In this document: positions 1-12,899 of the stretch, one piece after another
How positions within the stretch are numbered: position 1 is the first letter of the stretch
Layout: each line of letters starts with the position of its first letter
DNA from: Blasia pusilla
Lineage: Eukaryota
Assembly: GCA_050084515.1 (NCBI GenBank)
Contig: CM114271.1
Span: 41,912,001 to 41,976,000, forward strand
Reading direction: 5' to 3'
Length of the DNA stretch: 64,000 nt
The notes under the pieces: generated by a model
Databases searched by the model: none
Told to the model about the DNA's origin: nothing
The model's input: the letters and a program-made list of their open reading frames with translations, nothing else
Position numbers and translations under genes: made by a program

Positions 1-1941
1 CCCAGGTCTCATGAAGAACTATGGCCTGTCTGGACCCTTCTGGGCTTTCGGATTGCTGGGAGTCGTGTGGTTGAGTATGTGGTCATTTATCTCCAAGGAT
101 CCTCAAAGTAGCTCCACTATCACAGATAGCGAATTTTCCCACATCGAAAGTGGGAGTGAGAATCTAGGCAATCCTCCGAAAGGTTCCTCCGGCCTGCCAC
201 CAGTTCTCAAGATTTTTTCCAAACTACCCCCATGGGCCATTATTGTGGCAAATGCCATGAACAATTGGGTAAGCGCGATAATGTGCGACTTTCTGTTGAC
301 AACTGCTACAAACATGCAGAGGAGGGGAAGTCAAAAGTTAGTCTTGAAAATTTGAGCTGCCCCGGTCCATAACCGGCAACGAATTGACCAGACCTATATT
401 GTCAAAGATAAGTTTTTCCCCTACCTAGATTTTTTCAGGGATTAGCGGATATGTACTTTGCTAACGATGTCCCCTGGGGCGTGCAGGGATACTTTATTCT
501 TCTGTCATGGATGCCAGCTTACTTTAATACGGTACGATAATGCTGGCTTCTTAGGGACGTCTAGATAACGACAGGTGGACCGAATATAATTACTCGTGAA
601 CTCAAAGAGTAGAGTGCATTTTCTCTGGAAAGACTTCGTCAAGAGATAATGTTCAATGCTTTAACCCGCGTCGATGACTTGACATTGTGGACCTTCTGGA
701 TCGTTTGCAACGACGCAGGTTCTAGGTGTCAATCTGAAAGAGGCTGCATGGTTGAGTGCTGCTCCTTGGGCTATGATGGCCCTCACTGGGTTTTTGGCTG
801 GTGCGTGCTCAGATGCCTTAACTCAGATTGGAGTCAGCATCACCAATGTTCGTAAAATCATGCAGGTATGAGGGCCCCACAGAAGGTTTGATAATACGAG
901 CACATCCTGCACACTCGGATAATTAACTGAACACGCTAGTAGAGTACGATGATCCAAGTTTCAAAATAAAATAAAATTTCCTTTAAATAAAATAATGAAA
1001 AGCAGACAAGGTCTTCGAACTTGCACGACATCAATGAGTGTAAAGTCTGTAGACGTCATTCCTCCTTCCACGAAAGGTGCAACATCTGCTCGTATTTGAT
1101 GCCATGATCTATCGAGATTGGTTTTGATTTCAACTCTTCATCTTTGGCAGACCGTCGGATTTGTGGGCCCGGCGTTGTCACTACTGTGCCTAAACTCGGT
1201 GAGAGATCCAGCTGTTGCATCCGCGTGGCTTACGGCTGCCCTTGGTCTGAGCGCCTTCAGTCAGGCTGGGTTTCTCGTAAACCACCAGGTACACATTCTT
1301 CTTCGAATGCCAGATTACTGATGGAGATTAATTAGTATGTTGATAGGGGTACTGGTGACTTCATTTATAGGGCTGATCCGGACAGAGTGTGTGAACATCG
1401 GGAAAACAGAGAAGAGAAGAAGATAATTAGTACCATTCCTGACCGAGAACTTCGAAGGTCACTGTCGTAGATGCACTTCAAGCTGATCATCCCATAATTG
1501 GCTGGTGATGTAGGAGATCGCACCAAGATACGCCGGCTTCCTCCATGGTAAGCGTCGTCTAACACACTGAAATGCTCACCAATCAGGATGGTTAGAATGT
1601 ATGCACCTTCCGAGTCAATTTCTACCAAGGGCTTTCGTTCTTCCGTTCCGCCGCTAGGTCGCATCGATCCTACGAACATAGCGTCACACTCCGAAACGAA
1701 AACTAAGATCCGCTCGAGCCGGATGCGATACACGACTTGACACTTGTTCTATTTCCTGACTGTTGCAGGTGTGTCAAACACCGCTGGAACTCTTGCCGCA
1801 ATAGTCAGTACGGTGGGAGCGGGCTTCTTCATTGAGCGGCTTGGTTCCCTCCAATCATTTTTGACACTGACAGCCGTTCTCTATTTGGTCACCGCTGTCT
1901 TCTGGAACTGTTTCGCATCCGGAGAACGGATTTTTCCTTAG
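1..1941 (+). CDS. PHT4;2: 3' part of a plastid anion/phosphate transporter (MFS, SLC17/PHT4 family, PHT4;2/ANTR3-like). Exons <1-268, 487-531, 719-865, 1151-1288, 1514-1547, 1769-1941
   Basis: GT..AG introns join in frame to give WAIIVANAMNNW|GYFILLSWMPAYFNT|VLGVNLKEAAWLS...RKIMQ|TVGFVGP...SQAGFLVNHQ|EIAPRYAGFLHG|VSNTAGTLAAIVST...GERIFP*. This matches the PHT4 C-terminus as I recall it. The 5' exons lie outside the window. Confidence 0.92.
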
Positions 1942-4900
1942 CTTCAGATATCATCGTTACAACCAACTCCATGCGAGGACCACTCGAAATAGGTAGTTTA
2001 CATTCACGTAGGTAGATAAATGAAGTACACCCACACCCTTGTACATATAATCAGTTGGACGACTACTGGTCAAAATTGTATTTTTTTATGAATCTTACAA
2101 CGGTAATATTTTTAAGATCTTAAGAAAATGCTTCCAACAAGTTTTTTCTTTATCTTCTCATAAAATTGTGAGATGTATGTAACGTAGGTCGAAAATTTGG
2201 GTCTCTATCGAATCCAAGACGTAGATAGCCATAGAAAATTTGATTTCATATACCCACTTGATCCAAGAACAAGAAAATCCAACAAGAAAATGTTTCCCAT
2301 ATTGCACGCATGAAGGAGACCTTCACTTCCATGCATGAGTTATAAACTAGTATGATCGAGATCCTCACCAAGCCTCGTGAAAACCTAATGATCAAGTTTT
2401 GGTTGAATCAATCGTACGAAGGAATTTGATTGTAATCATCCTCTAATTTTGGTTAACATTTTCAAAAAGTCAACCTATGAGAAATTTTGAAGGTCAATTT
2501 GATTGTTGGCATGTGGAATTTCATGAACTTTGAAGTTCATCAATTAATTGTAGTAGTAGTCATGTATTTAGTGAGATGCATGGGAGAGAGGCCTCTTTAC
2601 ATCACAACTTGAAAATACTTTTGACCCTCTTTAGGGTTCAAAATTACTTTGAGTAGAACAATTATTTAAAAAAATATCCAACCATGAACAAAGTTCCCAT
2701 GACATGATATTAGTTAACATAGTAGGAGATAGAGGATCTCGATCAGACTAGTTTATAGCCTCACCACGTATCCTCACCACGTATTAGTGGAAACGTTTAC
2801 TAGCTTATATTGTGTTTATAATGAGGCACTAAAAAGCTTCATTATAAATACGTCACTAATTTTAATAGATTTAAATTACAAGTTGCATTTTTCAAAAATA
2901 TTATTATGTAACTGTCTTGATGAATAATTATTTTATCCTCTGCAATGATGAAATAAATAAAGTTTTGTCACACGTGTATCGGGTTTCTCCAGAGTCCAGC
3001 CTTTGGCTAAAGTATGGGAAGAAAGTATAGCACTGAAGCATAAATGCCCAGAGCAAGTACGTGCACGTCCCAGAACAGTTCCATAGCCTCGCTCCTTCCG
3101 GGGGATAAGATCGAACAGTCCAACTCTACCTGTACCCAATGCGTTCTTCTTCAAGCCCAGTGCCTCTCCCAGCCCTCTACTAGCTGTCTGGAGAAAATCG
3201 TGATAGGCCCGGCGCCTCTCCCTCCCTCTTTCTGTGTGGAGGAAATCGTGCCGTCGAGGAGAATTCCTCACTGGTGCATGTACTTGACACACCGAGAAAA
3301 CGTTTCCACTAATACGGCGTAAAGGGGTAAAACTTACAACCCTATCTTTGCCCAGTCCTTCCTCACATCGGTCCAGAAAGTCTGGTAAGATGCACTTTCG
3401 TCGTCTCATTTCGCCTGAAAACAGCATCAGATCTCGGCTCCCACTTGATCGGATCTCACCTTCACTGCTACATCCACCTTCACATCGTTTTGACACACTG
3501 TCACATAACGGTACAGCAGCCTGGATCGCTGAGTCAAACGCGACATTGCACGACGTCTGCTCTTCTAGGCTTTTCATGAAACCTCCCGTTCTCATTTTAA
3601 AGCTGACATGACAGTTCCGCAAGAGCGAATCCTGTAACATGCAAATTATGTTCACCACACAACACTGGGAATTCGTTGATTACACGCTAGCCACCAGTTA
3701 CTAAGGCTTCGATGCGATATACCGAGACACTGTCCTAGATATTGTCGCTCTGCACATGGCTCGCTCGTCACAACTTTTCTTTCATTTTCTTGAATCTCCT
3801 CCTCCGTGTTCCTTCGACTTGCAATCGCTAGATCCCCCCCACTCTGTGACGCAGCCTCTACACGGATGGCTAAATCAATAATATTCGATTTGTTTCTCCC
3901 GAGGTGGTGCGCACGCACGTCGGCGTTGCGACTGCGCGCGACGCACCTTGCGGCCTTGCCTCCGGCGCTCCTCCGTCAAGATGGAACTACTAGTCGTCAT
4001 CACAGCGACGGTGACAATTGGTTGGTCAGTGTTTATGTCGACCGGTTGAACCGGCTACCGTGGTCCTCTGTCTTCCCTACCTCTTTCGTACGCTTTTCCT
4101 CGGCCGCGACGGAAAGGGTTGCGTGGTCATGACGACTGTTCAAGTTGGTCATATACTCGCCTACTCCCGAGCGCGCACAAGCTCCACGCGACCAAGTCCT
4201 AAATATTGACACTTGAGATCATTTCATTTCAAATTCATTAGAGGCGGGATTAATGGGGTCATGCAGCACTACTCCTGCCTGAGGAGTCTGTCGTACCGGT
4301 CTTTCTCACGCCTCCACGTAAGCTTCGCAGCAGGCCACCTGGCATACTATCTTTTATGAGGGACAAGAGGACGACCAGAATTTGCTTTCGTCAACAATTT
4401 AGAGCCTGGTCCTGGGGCCGCGTGAGTTTCTTTGTCATACAAGAGGATAAAATCTTCGTCATTTGAAAGAGAACAGAAAAGCATCGTCATAGAAGAAAAA
4501 CATATTGAAGAGGATTCGGAGAGGGGAGTAGAAAACATGTTTTATTTACATAACGGAAGGTGGGTCCCCAAGGTACCTACTGGCGAAGGAATGAAAAGAC
4601 GAAGTAGTTTTGATGGGACGAAGAAGTAGTTCATTCGTAGCCTTGCTACCATAGAGTCCGGACCGAGGGACATTTACACAGCTCAGACTTCCAAAGTTCT
4701 TCATGATCGGTTTAGGGTTGAGATGTGAACCCTAGTTTTCCGGTTAGTGTGAGTATGTGCATGCAATAAATCAGATGGCTATCTGGCAGTAAGCTGAAGA
4801 CAAGAATTAGTGTGTGAATGTAGTATACTGAAATTGAGCAAGAAGAAATATTGAGAACTTTAACATAGTAATGACCAGTAGGGGGTACATTTTTGGTGTT

Positions 4901-5284
4901 TATTCTCATTGCAAGTTGAGACCAATTGGGCATTTCCCTTCATCCTTGCACTTGCGGAACATAGGTATCATCTATCTGCTCATCATACTTATGAAGAAAA
5001 ACATTTTTACAAGCACTTAATTACGAATTTCAATGCCTCCATCATAACAAGCCACTTCTTAAATCCATTACCGTTGCCATAATGTTGTCAATTAGAATAT
5101 GAGTCTTTCACAATGTCGTGCGGATACACATAGTTACACAACGTACATCGATGTCACTAAATACACACAAAAACACACAAGATACCATACTAACTCACGA
5201 CATCTGAACATGATGATCGAGTACCAAAATATTTCCAATTAAATCAAGATGTCTCAAAAAGTGCACACAAATCCATCTCTCTCT

Positions 5285-5902
5285 TGTTGTGCGCATACAT
5301 AACACTACACAACATACATCGTCGGTCACATCTACACCACACAACACCGATCTTCCCCACACACAGGTAGATCCAAACATGTACAGAAATCAACTCATAC
5401 ATATACATGGAGATCACACAACAAAAATAAAGAGTAGTAAAAATGGCACATCCGGCCTAAAACTCCACTCCTCAATCTACATCGGCATATCAAGCCTCGT
5501 CCACCCTGTGCTAGCAAGGAATCCCGACGCTAGCACCTTAGTCCTATCTCACACACATACAAGAGAGGTGCTCCAACGGCCCAACATAAGAAATATGGCT
5601 TGGGAAAGCCATCTTCCTCCCTTTTTTAGGGTTGGGAAGAGCCAAAAGGCTCTTCCCCTAGAAATAGCCACCCCCTTGGTAACCTGCACGCGCAGGTTAC
5701 CAAGGGTGGGTGACCTGGTCAACAAGTCATCCGATTGTGAAAGACCTCAACAAGAAAGTTATCAAAAACGACGTTCCTGACACAATGGACCTATCCTCAA
5801 CCTCATCCGACACCGTGGGACAAAGTTACACTCAAGATAGTCCGCTGGCTCCTACGCCCTATCCACAATAGATCTCGGCCTATCGGCTACTCATATGTGA
5901 CA
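5285..5902 (-). repeat. LTR of the DNMT/PHD gypsy family (modules A 5285-5422 and B 5423-5902)
   Basis: TG...CA ends. Module A recurs at 5905-6042. Module B recurs, with a ~200-bp internal deletion, at ~26069-26322 and ~9960-10213. Confidence 0.7.
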
Positions 5903-6118
5903 GCTATCGTGTGCATACATATCGCTACACAACATACATCGCTGGTCATATCTATACCACACAACACTGATCTTCCCCACACACGGGTAGATCTAGACAT
6001 GTACAGAAATCAACTCATACATATACATGGAGATCACACAACCGCCCCCCTAGCTGGCAGTTGGATCCCCCTAACTCCAGATAGAAAATATCACATCTCT
6101 CTTACATGACCTACTACC

Positions 6119-7104
6119 CTATACACATCTCGGACATATCCATCGTCCCATGGGAACTACATCAAGAAGGGGGGTCAGACATGACATTTACCACCCTCGA
6201 GAACAACCATCACATACCAACATGGTGGCTGCACCCCTCGTAGATCGGCACAACATACACCTAAAGCCTGCAAGTACCATTGCCAAGCTCGGATCCACTG
6301 TCCCGTCTATGTTCAGAAGATGACATGGCGCACTATTACGCACATGATCCTTCCAAACCATACCATCCCGTCCCTCCAACATGAGGACTCCGATCGGTAA
6401 TATCTCGCGCACACGTAGGATTGTGCGCCTCGCAGTGATATCTAGCGTCGTGGGTGCCGCCTGCTGTAAATACACGTAATCTCCAAGATGAAACCTCCTA
6501 ATCCTTGGACGATAACCTCCTCCACGAATGGTCGCGTACCTCAATGTATCTCTATGCTAAGAAATAGCTAAGTTCTCAAAGGCCATAGGCATAACTCTAC
6601 GAAAAATCTCCACCCTCTGAGAACACGCTTGTACCCACACATGTGGATCATCAAGATCTAACACCTCCGCCATGTCATGCCAAATATTTGTAAGTAAATC
6701 TGGCTCTCTCCCAAAGAGCAAAAAGTACGGTGAAAATGACGCCAAGGATGCCTGCCGACTAAAGCCATATCCCATAGCCAACCATGGCAACTGTAGGTCC
6801 CATTCCTTCAACTGTCCCTCGCTGCAAGCCATACTTGCGCAATCCTCTCTTCTCCGTCTGTACTACTCTCTCCACCAACCCATCCGCCTCAAGATGATCT
6901 CTAGACGTGGTACGGTGATCTATCAACGCCTGATCATACAAGGCTTGAAACTCTCCCCTGAACTCGGTACCCTGGTGAGTCAACACCTCCGCCGGTGCAC
7001 CAAAGTGACTAAGCACACGATCTAGAAACGCATAAGTTGTTCCCTCGCTCGCCTTGTCCGGTAGTGCCACCAACTCTATCCACTTGGAGAAACGCTCCAC
7101 CATG
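6119..7104 (-). pseudogene. Integrase core/C-terminus plus PHD finger (frameshifted)
   Basis: VERFSKWIELVALP...ADGLVER, then CMLC...CDGCSRGW*MSC...WICPRC*. Collinear with 62772-63835. Confidence 0.85.
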
Positions 7105-7389
7105 CACTAGAAGAAATGTGTGGTTTTTATGACTAGGCTATAAATGACTCATCGAAAGATTGACTCAAATTATGACTAAAATGGTTGAGTCATAAAATTT
7201 ATGCTCATGCAACTCACCTGGTTATCTGTTTATAACTAAAGCAGTTATCAATACCCTTCTGTCAAGACTAGTCATACTTGTTTCACTTGTCTAGTAATAC
7301 CTAGTCATAAATAACAACTAATGTGCTTAATTAGTCCATGCTCCATTGTTAAGGGGTTTTTTGTTGTTGTTGGGATATATACCATGCGT

Positions 7390-9620
7390 TTCTTGGCTGT
7401 GGGTACCAATGCCCCTGTGGAAAACCATTCTTGATTTTTGGACCATATTAAGGGGGGTGGAAAGGTGTTCCAAAAGAGGAAGATGGCATTAAGTATGAAT
7501 ATTTTAACTCTTGTGGCATTCTCATGTTAACATGCTTTTAACATTTCCTATAACCATTAGATGGTGGTGAAACTTGCCACAAGCCTTGTGATTAAATCCC
7601 CCCACAATTTCAACGAGAAGGAGGAGGGGAGAAAATGATGGATCAAGAACGAATACGAGGACTTTTACCAGTCTTGTTCCAAGGTGTTGTATCATTTTCG
7701 TGGTAACATGGTGATAACTTTTCTTTCTACCATTGGATGTTAATGAATATCTGGCCTCGCCTTGCCAATAAGTTCTTCACCATCTTCAATGGTGCAGATC
7801 TGACATGGAAGATCCCATACTAATACCAAAAATCAAAGTCCTTATTAGGGTTTACGGTTTTTAATTCCATGTGTGAGTGGTCATTTGCACTTTTTTCTTT
7901 TGCCCTGTATTCCTAGAGTTGGGTTCCTCCCGAGGGAAAAGTATCATAATTTTTGGACTCTTGGTTGAGGAGGATGGGAGAAAATAATGGATCAAGAAGG
8001 AGGACGAGAACTTTGAGTAATCTTGTTCCAAGGTGTTGCATCATTTTCATGGTAACATGATGGTAAATTTTATTTCCACTATTGGAAATAAAAGTTTGTT
8101 GATAAAACTTTGGCCAAGCCTTGCCAATAAGTTCTTCCACATTTTCAACGATGCAGATCTGCCATTGAAGATCCCATGCTAATACCAAAAATCAAAAACC
8201 TTAATTAGGCTTTACCGTGTTTAATTCCATGTGTGAGTGGTCATTTGCACTATTTTATTTTGCCCTGTATTCCTGGGGTTGGGTTGCTCCCCAGGGAAAA
8301 GTATCATGATTTTTGGACTCATCGTTGAGGAGGAGGGGAGAAAATGACGGATCAAGAAGGAAGACGAGGACTTTGAGTAGTCTCGATCCAAAGCGTTCAA
8401 TCATTTTCACGGTAACATGATGATCGCTTTTATTTCCACCATTGGATGTTGATGAAACTTTTGCCAAGCCTTGCCAATACGTTCCTCCACGTCTTCAATA
8501 GTGCAGATCTGCTATTGCAGATCCCATGCTAAGACCAAAAATAAAAAACCTTAATTAGGGTTTACGGTTTTTAATTCCATGTGTGAGTAGTCTTTGATTT
8601 TTTTTCTTTTTTCCTGTATTCCTGGGTTTGGGTTGTCTCCCAGGGAAAAGTATCATGATTTTTGTACTCATGGTTGAGGAGGAGGGGAGAAAATGATGGA
8701 TCATGAAGGAGGATGAGGACTTTGAGTAGTCTCGTTCCATGGTAACATGATGCTAACTTTTATTTCCACCATTGGATGTTGATAACACTTTGGCCAAACC
8801 TTTTCAATAATTTCTTCCACATTTTCAACGGTGCAGATCTGCCATTGAAGATCCCATGCTAATACCAAAAATCAAAACCCTTATTCCGGGTTTACGGTTT
8901 TAATTCCATATGTGAGCGGTCATTTGTAATTTTTCTTTTTCCTTGTGTTCTTGGGGTGTGGGTACCCCTCTGGGAAAATTTTCATGGTTGATGGGGAGGG
9001 GAGAAAATGGTGGATTGAGAAGGAAGACGAGGACTTTGAGTAGTCTTATTCCAAACCATCTTATCATTTTCATGAGAACATGGTGATAACTTTTCTTCCC
9101 ACCATTGGATGGTGATGAATCTTTGCCATTCCACTTTCATTAAATTTTACACATCTTCAACGGTTCAGATGAGCTATTTAAGCCCCCATGCTAATACTAA
9201 AAATCAAAACCCATATTTAGGATGTACGGTTTTTAATTCCATGTGTGAGAGGTCATTTGTAATTTTTTCTTTACCCATGTGTTTTTGGGATATGGGTGCC
9301 CCTCTGGGAAAATTTTCATGATTTTTGGACTCATAGTTAATGGGGAGGGGAGAAAATGGTGGATTGAGAAGGAAGACAAGGACTTCGAGTAGTCTTGTTC
9401 CAAACCGTTGTGTCATTTTCATGGTAACATGGTGATAAATTTTCTTCGCACCATTGGATGCTAATGAATATTTGCCATAGCATTTTCATTAAATCATTCC
9501 ACATCTTCAACGGTTTAGATCTGCCATTTAAGACCCCTTATTGGGGGACACCTCCTTTGGGGATTTCGATTTTTAAATTTATGTGTGAGTGGTCATTTCA
9601 AGTTTTTTCTTTTCCTTTTT
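7390..9620. repeat. Tandem array of about 6 diverged ~330-360 bp units inside the CACTA
   Basis: Marker (G)CAGATCT recurs near 7794, 8153, 8503, 8833, 9165 and 9515. The repeated minus-strand ORFs (HHVTMKM..GTRLLKVLV) reflect the unit. Confidence 0.85.
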
Positions 9621-10211
9621 GATCCTCGTGCTGGGGTGAGTAAAGTCGCGGCACACATGAGGAAAGTGTTCGGATCTATTTGCCAATGGACGATGCAAAA
9701 AAACACTAGGGTGCGTATTTTGTACTCCTGATTGTAACCGCGTCGATTTGGCCGATTTGACATTGAGAGTGAAAACTATATAACTTTGGTTGCCCATATC
9801 TATTATCAAAGGGCTCTTCTTGTAGTGAGATGAATCCTAGGTGGCATTTTTGGTTCGTTCTGAAGACTCTGCTCTCTGAAGATTGTTCCATCTTCTCAGC
9901 GGTTAGCTCTTAGCTCTCTCTCTCTCTCTCCCACCAGCCCCCTAACATCTTTCTCATATAAAAATAAAGGGTAGTAAAAATGGCACACCCGGCCTAAAAC
10001 TCCACTCCTCAATCTATATCGGCATATCGAGCCTCGTCCACTATGTGCTATTAAGGAATCTGCACGCTGTGAAAGACCTCAACAGGAAAGTTGTCAAAAA
10101 TGACGTTCCTCACACAATGGACCTATCCTCAACCTCATCCGACACCGTGGGACAAAGTTACACTCAAGATAGTCCACTGGCTCCTACGGCCTATTGACTA
10201 CTAAGATGTAA

Positions 10212-10365
<154 letters not shown>

Positions 10366-11129
10366 GTTGCCAGACAAATATGACATGGCTTTTGTGTCTA
10401 AAGTAGTCGTCAGTCATTGTCAGTCGTGGAATGTAAAGTATGACTCATATGAGTCATATAACCTAGTCATAAAACCAAGGATTTCTTCTAGTGATGATGC
10501 CCCGTCAATGGCAAAGGTCTCGCAAAGTCTAAACTCCACCGATAACCTAAACCCATAATCGGAAAAGGATATAACTGCGGAGTGGGAGCATTGAAGGATG
10601 CTCGCACTCTGTCACATACCATACATCTGGCCACAAATTGCTATACCCTAGTATGCATGCCGCGCCACCAATACTGAACCTGGAGTAAGCTATAAGTACG
10701 CTTTATTCCAAAATGCCCCAACTACTCATGGGCATGTTGCACTACACGTGCTTTCTAGGTAGGATGAGCTTCCACTCGTATCCTACCATCTTTCCATACC
10801 CACAAAATGTGAGTCCCCTCCCACCTAAACCTCTTGGCTCGCTGTACGATTCAATCCCGCTCCCTAGCACTCACTGTGCTCGCTATGATGCCAATCCGCA
10901 AGAACTCCACAACCTCCACGTCGTCATGGATATCACGACCACCTGTCGCCTCCTCATTGACCTCCGGATCCAAAGACTCATCATCCAACCCCACCACTGG
11001 AGTCATCACCTGTGATAGACCTACTATAGTCAACCAACAAAGATGCATGCCAATCGGGCACCATCTCCTCATCACTCTCTCCGTGCCATCAAGCTCCTGT
11101 GTCGTCTCTCTGACTCGGACATGGTTTAC

Positions 11130-12560
11130 AACTTAACCCATCCGCATCCTGGTTCAACCAACCTGGCCTATGAACCACCTCAAACTCATACTCCTGTAGT
11201 AATAGACCCCACCTAGCAAGCTTTCATGTAAGCTTGTCGGACTCCATCAACCACCTCAACGGCTGATGATTAGTGATAAGTGTGAAAGGGTTGCCGAATA
11301 AATAGCACATGAAATGTGCCACGTCCCACACTACAGCCAAGCACTCTCCCTTGTAGGAGCTATACTTTGCCTCTGTTATGTTGTTCAATTGGCTCGCGTA
11401 AGCCACAACGAACTCCCTCTCCTTGTCATCCCTTTGAGTAAGCACTGCTCCTAGATCCAACATGCTCCAATCCGTATGTAACTAGAATGGGGGACCCCTA
11501 ACCGATCTCTGTAAAATGGGTGAGGACGTCATCCTGTCCTTGAGCTCTTGAAATGCTTGCTCCTAATCATCTCCCCACAACCAAACCTGATCAAGTCTCG
11601 TCAATAAGGTCAAAGACTTTGCGATCGCACTAAAACCCTTGACATACCGTCAATAGAAGTTCGTCAGTCCAAGAAACGCTCGGACTCAACTCACATCTGT
11701 AGGGCATGGAATCTGCGTAATAGCCTCTACCTTCGTCTGCTAAACGTCTAACACACTCAGGTATATGGTGTGTCCCAAGTACTCAATCTGCTCCTGAAAG
11801 AATCTGCACTTGCTTCGATGTAACTTCAGTCCATGTAACTGCAATCGCCAAAATACCTCCTCCAGGTGTCGCTCATGCTCCTCAACCGTGGAACTGAAGA
11901 TAAGAATATTATCTATGTAACATCGTACAAACTCCAAGCCAGCCAGAATCCTATCCATCACTCTCTGAAACTCTGCAAGCGCATTCTTCAACCCAAATGG
12001 TAAGAACCGCCACTGATACAAGCAATCTCTCCCGAACCGATCTATCCCCCAGAAATGTTGTCTTCTCCCTGTCCTCCAACCTGATAGGAAGTTGATGATA
12101 GCTAGCACGGAGATCTAAAGTACTGAAGATCTTTGCATGCCCTACCGCCTCAAAGATCTCCTCAGGAGTAGGCATGGCGTACCAATCTGACCTCGTCTGT
12201 CGATTGATAGGACGGTAATCTCCACACATCCGCCTGTTCGTCCAATTGCCATATATATCCTTCTTCACCCGCATGACTGTGGCAGATGCATACTCCCCAT
12301 GTGATAACTCCACAAGTCCTGCCTCCAACAAGTCCTGACTCATGCTCCAAATCAAGGCTCACTCCATATCAAAATACCTGTAGGGTCGACGAAAGATTGG
12401 CGTATCACTAGCCAACTCAATCTGTATCCTAAGACCCTTCAACGTACGCAAGTCTCTCATACTGAAGGCAAAACAACTGATATGCCCTCTCAAAAACCTA
12501 TGAACTCGCCGTCGTTCTCCTCCTATCAACTTGAGACCTATAACAAGCTTCCAAGTCTCC
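11130..12560 (-). pseudogene. Gypsy reverse transcriptase plus RNase H (frameshifted)
   Basis: RMCGDYRPIN, FSTLDLRASYHQ, LPFGLKNA, YIDNIL, TDWS..LGAVLTQ, ECLAVVW. Confidence 0.92.
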
Positions 12561-12899
12561 ATCGTGACCTCACTCGGAGAGGACGCAACCTCCGGCTTTG
12601 GTTGCTATATAGCAACCGTAGCCACCTCCGCAAAAACCACTCCACTCTGAGCTCCTACACCATGCTCTACATCCAAAAAATGAACATGTGCTACTCTGGC
12701 CGCCTTTGCACTCTCCACTCGAATGACGTCCTTGGAAGTCCATGGATGCCTATCTCTCCTCGTCCCGTCTCCAACCAATGCCTATACCCTAAACCCTAAA
12801 CTCTAAACCCTATACAAACCCTGTAGGCAATGGTCCAACTCGTGGACGTGACGACATGGATGACACTCGAATCCATCTCTGCTCAGCCATACCTAGGCT

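Noticed and set aside
2933-4630. 241-aa minus-strand ORF and neighbouring GC-rich ORFs
   Set aside because: I recognise no motif and could not build a consistent exon chain. A lineage-specific gene or lncRNA cannot be excluded.
7913-9422. Repeated similar minus-strand ORFs as a small gene family
   Set aside because: They are by-products of the tandem array, and frames and ends are not conserved between units.
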